Shown: in pieces, positions 39,403 through 47,436 of the stretch
Layout: each line of letters opens with the position of its first letter
How positions within the stretch are numbered: position 1 is the first letter of the stretch
Source: a virus
Direction: 5' to 3' (one strand)
Length of the DNA: 64,000 nt
Virus record (IMG/VR): IMGVR_UViG_3300037067_018253
The notes under the pieces: generated by a model
What the model saw: the letters and a program-made list of their open reading frames with translations, nothing else
Told to the model about the DNA's origin: nothing
Database searches by the model: none
Translations under genes and position numbers: made by a program

Positions 39403-40446
39403 CTATAATTGGTAGGTGGTATATGTCTGCGATTCCCCGCTCATATATTGTATTTCAACCTGCGCATTTCCAGGCTGTAGTGTTCCATAGGTACCTACAT
39501 CTATGGTGTTTTGCCCAACTCCGCCCGGTCCAGTCGCAGAACCCAGTGTAAATCCATCAGATCTGCGAGATATAATCACGGCTACCGTCTCCGCGGCCTT
39601 TCCACTGATGGTATAATTAACCCTTACCTTTCCATTGTCAGCCAGTGCCGGTACTACGATTGATGCAGACGTGATATTTACCTGTGTGGGGGCGCCTTCA
39701 CCCCTGGCTGGTATATATACCTCAGACTCCACCCAATTAGAATATACAGGGCTGCCATAGGCATTAGGTACGCCCGCTATGGGTTTATATACAACCACTC
39801 TGAATTTGATTGCATGCATACCTTCAGGCACATCGCTTGAAACCGCCTGATACCCGTTGATAGAAAATTTTTGTTCCGGTTCTGGCACGGGCCAACCATA
39901 ATCAAGCTCCTGAACCTGTGGGCTGTAATCAGGGATGTTCATTTGCAATCTTGCTACACCAGGCTTCTCGCCGGTATAATACCACGTTCCCTGTATCAAT
40001 AATCCGGGCGGTACCGTTGTAAATGTCATCCATCCGGCCCCGCATCGCTCAAGGTATACAATGGTAGATGGTGAAGTCGGCGGCGGTTCAGTTTCTGGTG
40101 GTGCCTCCGGTGGAGTAAATGCATTGGTATAATTCTGTGCCAGTAACGACAGGTCGAGTGAATCTATGACACCATCATTATTAAAATCAGCCTGCGGATT
40201 CCATATACCGAGTGTCGGCGTAGCCATGTAGGACTCCAGTAATATATTCGTGTCCTCGTCATCCACTACACCATCATGGTCAAGGTCAAAATCTGGCTTA
40301 CCCGGTATTATCTCCGGGGGTAACTCCACGGATTCTTTATACCACGGCCACCGACCTTTCCATGGAAGATAATCCTCCAGTATTTTTGGCAGTGGCGGCC
40401 CCTCTTTAATGCCGACAGGCAACCAATCTATTATTTTAAAAGACAT
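39403..40446 (-). CDS. structural protein carrying a type I dockerin module and Pro/Thr linker
   Basis: DLDHDGVVDDEDTNILLESYM and DFNNDGVIDSLDLSLLAQNY repeats; PPEAPPETEPPPTSPS linker; N-terminal GPPLP...WPW motif. Confidence 0.6.
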   Translation of the reverse strand: MSFKIIDWLPVGIKEGPPLPKILEDYLPWKGRWPWYKESVELPPEIIPGKPDFDLDHDGVVDDEDTNILLESYMATPTLGIWNPQADFNNDGVIDSLDLSLLAQNYTNAFTPPEAPPETEPPPTSPSTIVYLERCGAGWMTFTTVPPGLLIQGTWYYTGEKPGVARLQMNIPDYSPQVQELDYGWPVPEPEQKFSINGYQAVSSDVPEGMHAIKFRVVVYKPIAGVPNAYGSPVYSNWVESEVYIPARGEGAPTQVNITSASIVVPALADNGKVRVNYTISGKAAETVAVIISRRSDGFTLGSATGPGGVGQNTIDVGTYGTLQPGNAQVEIQYMSGESQTYTTYQL

Positions 40447-40455
40447 TTAAACCTC

Positions 40456-41250
40456 CTATTTTATCCACGGCCATTTTATATGAAGGAAATTTGGCAGTGG
40501 GGGTCCATTCCATGGCAGCATGGGCAACCACATGGAAAGAAGCGATGAGCCGCTTTCCAGAACAGGTGGTGTCGCCGCCTTTTCTCTAATTGTATTACTG
40601 TTCCAGTCATATACATAGATCTTATCGGTTTCAAGTTCCAGGAATGGAACCTGCCTGATTTCTTTTTGAATACTCCCATCTTCATCCATGCGGAAATTAA
40701 GGTACTGGTAGGTCTTTAGATTCCATATGGAAACAGGCTGGTCTACTGCCGCATCACCACTAGTATAATTACCGGTCACGAATCCATTTACCCACCAGTG
40801 GACAGTTCCAGCCGGCGGATTTTCCAAGTAGATAGTAGTGCGCGGCACCTCAACCGGAGGTGGTGGTGTAACTATCACTGCTGATGGTGTAACGGTTACA
40901 ATAGTACCATCACCACTAAGCGCAACGTCGAATGTATCATCAACAGTATTGATTATAAATGGTTGCGAATAGTAGTAATCATCCACCGGCAGGGGCTTTA
41001 TACCGGTGAAATCCAGCCATCTTATTCCTAATACCACCGGTCTATTCAAAAAGTCATTTATGTTAATCCAGTCTGGTGGGCTCGTATTCCACGTATATCC
41101 CTCTGCGGGGTAGCTAACTACGGATGGCCCAAATGCACTAGGCGATGATGCTGGATTAACTATCTGCAACGTGATACCCATAGCACTTGGTGTTCTGTTT
41201 AGAATCGGGCTTATGGGATTACCTGTCAGTAAGAATGTAGGCATTATCAT
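40456..41250 (-). CDS. structural protein with C-terminal PPW-GPPLP-WPWIK motif
   Basis: C-terminus LPMLPWNGPPLPNFLHIKWPWIK. Confidence 0.45.
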   Translation of the reverse strand: MIMPTFLLTGNPISPILNRTPSAMGITLQIVNPASSPSAFGPSVVSYPAEGYTWNTSPPDWININDFLNRPVVLGIRWLDFTGIKPLPVDDYYYSQPFIINTVDDTFDVALSGDGTIVTVTPSAVIVTPPPPVEVPRTTIYLENPPAGTVHWWVNGFVTGNYTSGDAAVDQPVSIWNLKTYQYLNFRMDEDGSIQKEIRQVPFLELETDKIYVYDWNSNTIREKAATPPVLESGSSLLSMWLPMLPWNGPPLPNFLHIKWPWIK

Positions 41251-41258
41251 GGCCTCCC

Positions 41259-41498
41259 CTAGATTATTTTTCTTCCGGTAAGTACCTCAAACTCACGGCG
41301 AAGTTCCTCGGTAAACCCGCGCTTCCTGATTGTCACCCATGGGGGCTCTTCCTGAATACGTCTGACTGCGCGGGTAAAGAAACCAGGCCATGAAATATCC
41401 CACGAATCCGGCAACGGGGGTCCTTTGGATGGTGAGGTCGGTTTTAGAAGTATCTCTGCAATTTGCAGTACAGTCGCCTGTTTATTTGTTACTGGCAT
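41259..41498 (-). CDS. small protein with GPPLP...W.WPG motif
   Basis: SKGPPLPDSWDISWPGFF. Confidence 0.35.
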   Translation of the reverse strand: MPVTNKQATVLQIAEILLKPTSPSKGPPLPDSWDISWPGFFTRAVRRIQEEPPWVTIRKRGFTEELRREFEVLTGRKII

Positions 41499-41826
41499 TA
41501 CTTTCCCCCTTGACCGCTTTTGCCACTACATTTGGTACCGGGGGCAACCACTTATTTACCAGTGCAGGGGCAAGAATGTCGTTCACCTTATCTCTTAATT
41601 GAGGAAGTCCGTCTATATTGGGAACAGGGGGAGCCATAACCTTAATGACCCCCGCAAACTTACTCTCGAAAGTACCGGGGCCATGTATAATAGCGGCACT
41701 TCTCTTTATGGCCTCTATTCCCTGACTAATGGGGTTGTCTGTTAGAATATTAAACATAACAACTACACCTCCCCTTATAGAGAAGTGTAGTTGAAAAATG
41801 GCAAAAATGTCAATAGTTTGATGCAT
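41482..41826 (-). CDS. hypothetical protein
   Basis: ORF. Confidence 0.3.
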   Translation of the reverse strand: MHQTIDIFAIFQLHFSIRGGVVVMFNILTDNPISQGIEAIKRSAAIIHGPGTFESKFAGVIKVMAPPVPNIDGLPQLRDKVNDILAPALVNKWLPPVPNVVAKAVKGESNASNK

Positions 41827-41838
41827 GAGGGTGCAAGA

Positions 41839-42063
41839 TTAGATTACAGGGGGCTCAAACATTCCAGCGAAGGGCATTTTAACGCGACCATGGCTAGGGC
41901 ACATTGCGTTAGGTTGATTAATAAGGCCAGATACGTTATCAAGTTCAATAGCCTCATCCGGTTCAACGGCTTCTCTGCAAATAGGACAAATAGCACGGAA
42001 CGTGTACTCCCCGTATCTCATTAATCTCAGCCGCAGTAATTTATTACCGAAATCTTTGGTCAC
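41839..42063 (-). CDS. Zn-ribbon protein
   Basis: CPICRE...CPSHG. Confidence 0.35.
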   Translation of the reverse strand: MTKDFGNKLLRLRLMRYGEYTFRAICPICREAVEPDEAIELDNVSGLINQPNAMCPSHGRVKMPFAGMFEPPVI

Positions 42064-42069
42064 TTTTTA

Positions 42070-42984
42070 TTATCCTTTTGGGTTAATTCCCAGTATTTCC
42101 CTGATTCTTTCCCTGATGTCATAGTCGTAAATACATCCATCAGTAAGATTACTGGGGAAATCTTGGCCTTGCAGATATGGCAAAAATGCACTAGCCAGCC
42201 GATTGAAGGCATATTCAGGTGGAGAAGGTGAATACTTGTCCTGCGTGCATTTAATGTTGAGCATGACCACTTGTCCAACCCACTCAGCGATCTGGTTCAT
42301 AGTTGGCGGAGATGGATTTGTAAGCCAGTACGTGCCTGGCTCTTTTATCCGCGCCATTGCATCCGTAACAGCCTCAACCTTGACGATATTAAGATGCCCG
42401 CATGGATTACCGTAAAGCCTGAAAGTAATCTCTAATGGTGGTAAATGTACCGCACCCTCGAATGCCCTGCGGATTAACTCTGCGCGCCGGTGTACCTTTA
42501 TTATTAAAGATATAAAGGTGGAAAAATGTTCTTCATTTGGACCAAACACAATCCCCGGCTTAAAAACGGTCACATTCGGAATGTCACTGTGGCTTACCAG
42601 CAGTTCGCAGACTGATTTTGATATTTCGTAGGTATTCATAGACTGGCAAAAGGCAGTGCTGCAATAATACAGGTGGGGTACTTTATGCTTTGCGCAGAAA
42701 TCTATGACGTTTTTAGTGCCTTCTACATTGGTACGCCATATTTCCCCGGATTTATCTTCTCCAAGGCGTAGAACTGCGGCCAGGTGGTATACTGCATCGA
42801 AATGTTTATCGTTCCATACCCTGCCGAAATCAGGCAATAGTATATCGCCGGAAACCTCTCCATTATCTGGATAAGCTGCACCATGATGTATGAGTTTTAC
42901 TACTTCGTTACCTTGTTTTACCAGCTTGGGTATCAGCGAACGTCCGATTGCCCCAGTACCACCGGTGACTAATATAGTTCCCAA
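42070..42984 (-). CDS. NAD-dependent epimerase/dehydratase (extended SDR)
   Basis: VTGGTGAIGRSL Rossmann motif; YxxxK at YEISK; probable TTG start. Confidence 0.7.
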   Translation of the reverse strand: MGTILVTGGTGAIGRSLIPKLVKQGNEVVKLIHHGAAYPDNGEVSGDILLPDFGRVWNDKHFDAVYHLAAVLRLGEDKSGEIWRTNVEGTKNVIDFCAKHKVPHLYYCSTAFCQSMNTYEISKSVCELLVSHSDIPNVTVFKPGIVFGPNEEHFSTFISLIIKVHRRAELIRRAFEGAVHLPPLEITFRLYGNPCGHLNIVKVEAVTDAMARIKEPGTYWLTNPSPPTMNQIAEWVGQVVMLNIKCTQDKYSPSPPEYAFNRLASAFLPYLQGQDFPSNLTDGCIYDYDIRERIREILGINPKG

Positions 42985-42999
42985 GATTTTACCTCTTAT

Positions 43000-43092
43000 C
43001 TACCGAGAATGACTGTTCCCCACGACTAAAGTCGGGGGCTTCTAGGGACGAGACCCAGGCTATCCAGCCCGATAGCCAGAATATTAAGTGAG
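43000..43092 (-). mobile_element. solo right-end (RE / tnpB 3' end) copy of the IS200/IS605 element
   Basis: Reverse complement matches 57520-57597 (cctcacttaatattctggctatcgggctggatagcctgggtct...gggaacagtca) with one indel; lies 25 nt upstream of the SDR gene start. Confidence 0.65.
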
Positions 43093-43134
43093 GCATGCGC
43101 TTACGGGAATATTTCTCTGCCATTTCAGTGTCCA

Positions 43135-43443
43135 TTAAAAAGGTATTTCCCCCTCATCTTCCGCACTCGCTCTCCCCGGTGGTAGTTGCAGGTCAAATAC
43201 ACTGATAGGCGCCGGTTCATGTGTAAAGGCAAAGCGCCGCGCAATATCCTCGGTACATGGAGTTAGGCTAAAGATATTCATTGGGTTATATAGCTGTGTA
43301 ACCATGGTATTATCCCGCTTGGGGATGTCCAGCCGGATGAACTGCGCGCCGGCTACCTTTGCCTCCGTTACTTTTGCCCCCAGTTTCCTGTAGCCCACGA
43401 TTTCCACGATGCACCACTGCTCAAACTTTTCTTCGGTTTCCAT
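43135..43443 (-). CDS. hypothetical protein
   Basis: ORF. Confidence 0.35.
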   Translation of the reverse strand: METEEKFEQWCIVEIVGYRKLGAKVTEAKVAGAQFIRLDIPKRDNTMVTQLYNPMNIFSLTPCTEDIARRFAFTHEPAPISVFDLQLPPGRASAEDEGEIPF

Positions 43444-43646
43444 TAGTTACCCTCCTTAAATTCAAGGATAGTATTACCATCAGGTCCAACCTGTATCACT
43501 TCTAGTGAAGCGTTATCAGGTACATTGGACATTGCTTCCTTAACAGCGAGGCCAGAATATCCGGCAGAAACGGTTACTATGTGCCTAGCTGGAATAATTT
43601 GCTGTTCTACTTTACGGTAGCTCACCTTATTCCCCCTTGATCCCAT
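43443..43646 (-). CDS. hypothetical small protein
   Basis: ORF. Confidence 0.3.
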   Translation of the reverse strand: MGSRGNKVSYRKVEQQIIPARHIVTVSAGYSGLAVKEAMSNVPDNASLEVIQVGPDGNTILEFKEGN

Positions 43647-43935
43647 TTTCCTTGTTACCTACATACCCTTCTTTAATAGTAGAGCCGGTCGAATACAGCC
43701 CGCTGGCCGCCATACCAGCGATAATACCATTAAATAGCGCGCCTACCCATTCTGAGGCTGTGCTTGCGCCAAGCGCCCATCCAGATATAAGGTTGATTGC
43801 CAGTCCGAAAGCCACGGCCAGCAGCGGGTAAAACCGGGTATCGGAGATGAAAGGCTTAAAAAGCTGGACTATACCCAGTATTAATGGGACGCCGCCAATA
43901 GCTACCAGGGATTTAGTTAAATCACTACTAATCAA
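43627..43935 (-). CDS. small membrane protein (3 TM)
   Basis: Hydrophobic segments. Confidence 0.35.
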   Translation of the reverse strand: MISSDLTKSLVAIGGVPLILGIVQLFKPFISDTRFYPLLAVAFGLAINLISGWALGASTASEWVGALFNGIIAGMAASGLYSTGSTIKEGYVGNKENGIKGE

Positions 43936-43972
43936 TTTACATGTTCCTCCTTGAATTTAGTATCACTAATCC

Positions 43973-44245
43973 TTACACCCCCACCTTTAACCTACCGGCC
44001 ATCTCCATTATATATTTTCCAGGCAATGCTATATAGTAATGGCGATTTCCATCTAAATTTGATTTCTTACTCAGGTAATTGGTGAAGCATGTAACAGAAC
44101 CAAAGTCTAATTCTTCAAATGGAGATGGTTCACCGGGATAATCAACTGTTATATGTATATGTTCTCCCTCGATTATCCTTTCACATTGGTCACAGGTTAA
44201 TATGGATTCCTCCGCCGTAATTATCTCTTTCATTATTTCCCCCAT
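43973..44245 (-). CDS. hypothetical protein (CDQCE Zn-like)
   Basis: ORF. Confidence 0.3.
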   Translation of the reverse strand: MGEIMKEIITAEESILTCDQCERIIEGEHIHITVDYPGEPSPFEELDFGSVTCFTNYLSKKSNLDGNRHYYIALPGKYIMEMAGRLKVGV

Positions 44246-45666
44246 ATCTTCGCCGCCTGCTGTTCGGCGGCGGTATCTTTATCCAGCGCAGTATTCAGGG
44301 CACCGTCAAGAAGTTTTTTCCTGTCATCGGTCATAGCCGGGGGCTTTTTCCCTGCGAAGGTTTTAACGGTATCCATAATATCTCCACCAGCTCGGTCTAT
44401 GGTACCCTTAAGTCCGCTTAGTCCCTCTTTAAGCACATCCATTTCGCTTGTGGATCCAGCCGCCGGTTGTTCCTTGAGTTTCTTTATCTCTTCGTAAAGG
44501 CCACCGATCATGCCATCCTGTTTAGCCAGCTTTTCCATTAGAGCCGCTTTTTCCTGGTCATCTAGTCGCCTCATCAACTCGGCGTTCTGCGCCTTCAGCA
44601 TGGCCATTTCAGGTGATTCGGCAGGCGCATTCAATTTAGTCTTGATAATTTCAAGCGTTTCCTTCAAGGCTGGGTCCGTACCACCGAAAACACCGAGCTC
44701 TTTCCACATCCTTATCCTGTCAAGCTCGCTCATTTCATTACCACTGGCCCCGGGTTGCTTTCCGGTAAGTTGGGCTATGGCTTGCTGTTTCCGTACCTCT
44801 TCTTCAAGGATATCGGTAACGCCACGATTATCACCCTGGTTACGGCGTGATTTTATGGCTTCCAGTATCATAAAGTCTTGCGCTGAATACCTCTCGCCCT
44901 CAACTGGTTCCGGTGTTCCGTCCTCACCCCTTACGAATTTACCGGATGGTGGGGTTGCAGACGAAATGGCCTGTTTTGCCGCCGCCTCCTTCTTTTCTAT
45001 GTTTGTTATATTCCTTGCCGATGCCCTTTCAGCCTCTGCGTATGTCATGCCTTTTTCACCCTCCGAGGCGTTCCTGATCGTTCCATCCAGGTCAACCGCG
45101 AAACGATAGCTGGCCTCGCTTTCTACTGCCTTTTGTTTGTCAATTTGAGACGGCATTAACGCCGCATTTTTAAGCAGTGCAGATTGAACAGGGATACCGC
45201 GGCTCTTAAACCACTGCTCGATAATCTGTGGCCGTTTGTATGCGGATATATTTTCATGCCAGGTACGTAATCTTTCCGCCAGTTGTTCCGGCTCCTCGAA
45301 AACAAATTCAGTGCCAGTCTCAGCGATATTAAGAGCAATAGCTTCAGCTGTTATTTTGGGCGTTCCAATACCATGCATTTTTAATAGATTAGCGAAGTCC
45401 TTTTGCACATCGGGCATTTCCCGCCTGAACTCCGGCTTTTGAGACACCGGCGCAGATGTCTGTGTTGGCGTAGATAGCATTACATCTTCAGGGCCTGTTT
45501 CTTCATCCCCGTCACCCTCGATTGATTCTATTACCGGTATTTGTTCCTCCACTGCCTGTCCCTTCCTTTTCTTTACTTCTTTGGGCATCTTTCCACTCCT
45601 CGTAATTGTGTAATCTGTACCATGTTTTATCGCCAAAGGGTGATAAAGAGACTTTCCCTTGCTCAA
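44233..45666 (-). CDS. acidic, coiled-coil-rich protein (scaffold-like?)
   Basis: Low-complexity E/K/A-rich sequence; no NTPase motif; true start may be internal (MPKEVKK). Confidence 0.4.
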   Translation of the reverse strand: MSKGKSLYHPLAIKHGTDYTITRSGKMPKEVKKRKGQAVEEQIPVIESIEGDGDEETGPEDVMLSTPTQTSAPVSQKPEFRREMPDVQKDFANLLKMHGIGTPKITAEAIALNIAETGTEFVFEEPEQLAERLRTWHENISAYKRPQIIEQWFKSRGIPVQSALLKNAALMPSQIDKQKAVESEASYRFAVDLDGTIRNASEGEKGMTYAEAERASARNITNIEKKEAAAKQAISSATPPSGKFVRGEDGTPEPVEGERYSAQDFMILEAIKSRRNQGDNRGVTDILEEEVRKQQAIAQLTGKQPGASGNEMSELDRIRMWKELGVFGGTDPALKETLEIIKTKLNAPAESPEMAMLKAQNAELMRRLDDQEKAALMEKLAKQDGMIGGLYEEIKKLKEQPAAGSTSEMDVLKEGLSGLKGTIDRAGGDIMDTVKTFAGKKPPAMTDDRKKLLDGALNTALDKDTAAEQQAAKIWGK

Positions 45667-45850
45667 CCCACTCCAATAGATTTATTTTAAGATAACGAAA
45701 TATACGGCGACGCGCAGCTACATATGTCATACCAAGGTAGTCGGCTACCATGATGCTATTAACAGCACCCATGTTTTTAATCGCGTCCAAATATTTATAT
45801 TTACTTACTCTCTGCATCTTCTCAGTTACAAGTGACAATAACAACGTCAC
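45512..45850 (-). CDS. small HTH-like DNA-binding protein
   Basis: Basic helical protein at the head of the operon; overlaps the next ORF. Confidence 0.3.
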   Translation of the reverse strand: MTLLLSLVTEKMQRVSKYKYLDAIKNMGAVNSIMVADYLGMTYVAARRRIFRYLKINLLEWVEQGKVSLSPFGDKTWYRLHNYEEWKDAQRSKEKEGTGSGGTNTGNRINRG

Positions 45851-45893
45851 CCACCTATCCGGTTTTAGGAAATTCTATCCGCCTGTATCCCCT

Positions 45894-46253
45894 TTATTTA
45901 ATCCTGACAGTAACATTGGCATTTTGGGTTTTACTGTATATATGCAAAGTGGTATCTGCCAGGTTAAGTACATAATTAATATATGACTGGAAAGTGGGTT
46001 CCGGGATAACATGAATCAGGTGGGCATACTGTATTAATTTTTCCAGGTGGTCGTTTTCTGCCGGGGTAAGACGGAACAACTTCTGTATCCTGGGTGGGGG
46101 GGGTGGTTTAATGGCGCCAGCATCACCCTGCGACCTGGATTGTTCCATGCCAGTATTCCCGCTATTTTCCTGTGCGGTATCATTTTGCGTGCTACTTTCC
46201 GGTAACTGGATATTTTCTGCTTGTCCCTGAAATTCTACCATTGTATCCATCAT
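45894..46253 (-). CDS. hypothetical protein (first gene of the minus-strand module)
   Basis: ORF; PPPPR stretch. Confidence 0.35.
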   Translation of the reverse strand: MMDTMVEFQGQAENIQLPESSTQNDTAQENSGNTGMEQSRSQGDAGAIKPPPPPRIQKLFRLTPAENDHLEKLIQYAHLIHVIPEPTFQSYINYVLNLADTTLHIYSKTQNANVTVRIK

Positions 46254-46575
46254 GGAATTATCCTCCTACTTCTGTTATATGCTATCATAAATAGAAAAAA
46301 GAGTCAATATGTGTTATCAATCCAATTATAAAAGGGCTTGTATTACTAAAATAGATATGCTATCATAGGGATAAAATAGAGTGACAAAGGCGGGCAAACA
46401 TGACACAGGACAATAATTCACAAAAGACAGAATTAACCGAAGAGCGTATCCGTGAAATAGTGCGGGAAGAAATAACCTTAGCCGCAGTAAGAAATATGGT
46501 AGAGCTCCTAGATGTGGATGTTCGGTTTGCCCATATCAAAGATAACCTTTTGCGTCATAAAAAGGTGGCGGATTA

Positions 46576-47436
46576 ATGACAACACGTAAGATATGCTCAT
46601 GGGCGCTCAAGGGGGGAGCTGGAAAAACATTTGTCGCCGCTAACCTCGGATATGCGCTTCAGCGAGTCGGACACAAAATTGGATTCACTGATGCAGATGT
46701 AACCGGACCAAAACTCCCCGGGTTTCTCGGTATGACAAGACCGTATCCATATCCAAAAGTGGATGTGGAGAAAGTCGAGAAGTACCCTGCGCTATGGAAT
46801 GGATTTGAAGTCTATAGTCTTGCGTTTGAGTTCGATGGCGCCGTGATGCTCAAGGGCGGCGAAGAAAAAATACGTGCGTTCGGTCATGAGTATGAAATCC
46901 ATGGTACAGGCATATATAATCTGGTAAAAAATACCCTTGAACACCTCAAGTATTCCGATGACCTGGATTATCTTATATACGACCTGCCTCCCTCGACCTC
47001 AGACAGTGTTCTGTCTCTCTTTGAAAATATCAAGGACCTTTACGGCGTTATATTGGTCTGCCAGCCGACCGGACAGGCCATTGATGATATGGAACGCGCC
47101 GTGGACCTGCTAATAAAAAGAAGGTTGCCTGTTATCGGCATGGTCGGCAATATGACACACGTATCCTGTCCGGCATGTAGCCATGAGTTCTACCCATTCG
47201 CTGAAAACTCTATCAACCTTATGCAGTTCTGTAAGGACAACGGAATACCGTATTTAATGGGTGTACCACTCACCCGCGATAAGTATGCTATCGATGTTCA
47301 ATTTGATCTGCTGGCTAAAATAGTGGATGTATCCAATCCAATTAAACTTAGTGATGTCCCCTTGCCAAAAAGACTGGGGCAAATGGTACTCAGGAAAGCC
47401 GTTGAATCAATGGTGAATAATACTGCGAATGAGTAA
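46576..47436 (+). CDS. Mrp/NBP35/ApbC-family Fe-S cluster carrier ATPase homolog
   Basis: KGGAGKT P-loop, LDYLIYDLPPSTSD, VILVCQPTGQAIDDM, CPACSHEF CxxC block; all collinear with Mrp/ApbC. Confidence 0.7.
   Translation: MTTRKICSWALKGGAGKTFVAANLGYALQRVGHKIGFTDADVTGPKLPGFLGMTRPYPYPKVDVEKVEKYPALWNGFEVYSLAFEFDGAVMLKGGEEKIRAFGHEYEIHGTGIYNLVKNTLEHLKYSDDLDYLIYDLPPSTSDSVLSLFENIKDLYGVILVCQPTGQAIDDMERAVDLLIKRRLPVIGMVGNMTHVSCPACSHEFYPFAENSINLMQFCKDNGIPYLMGVPLTRDKYAIDVQFDLLAKIVDVSNPIKLSDVPLPKRLGQMVLRKAVESMVNNTANE

Noticed and set aside
44233-45666. Terminase large subunit or portal assignment for the 477-aa protein
   Set aside because: It has no Walker A or B motifs and no nuclease motifs. The sequence is low-complexity, acidic and coiled-coil.
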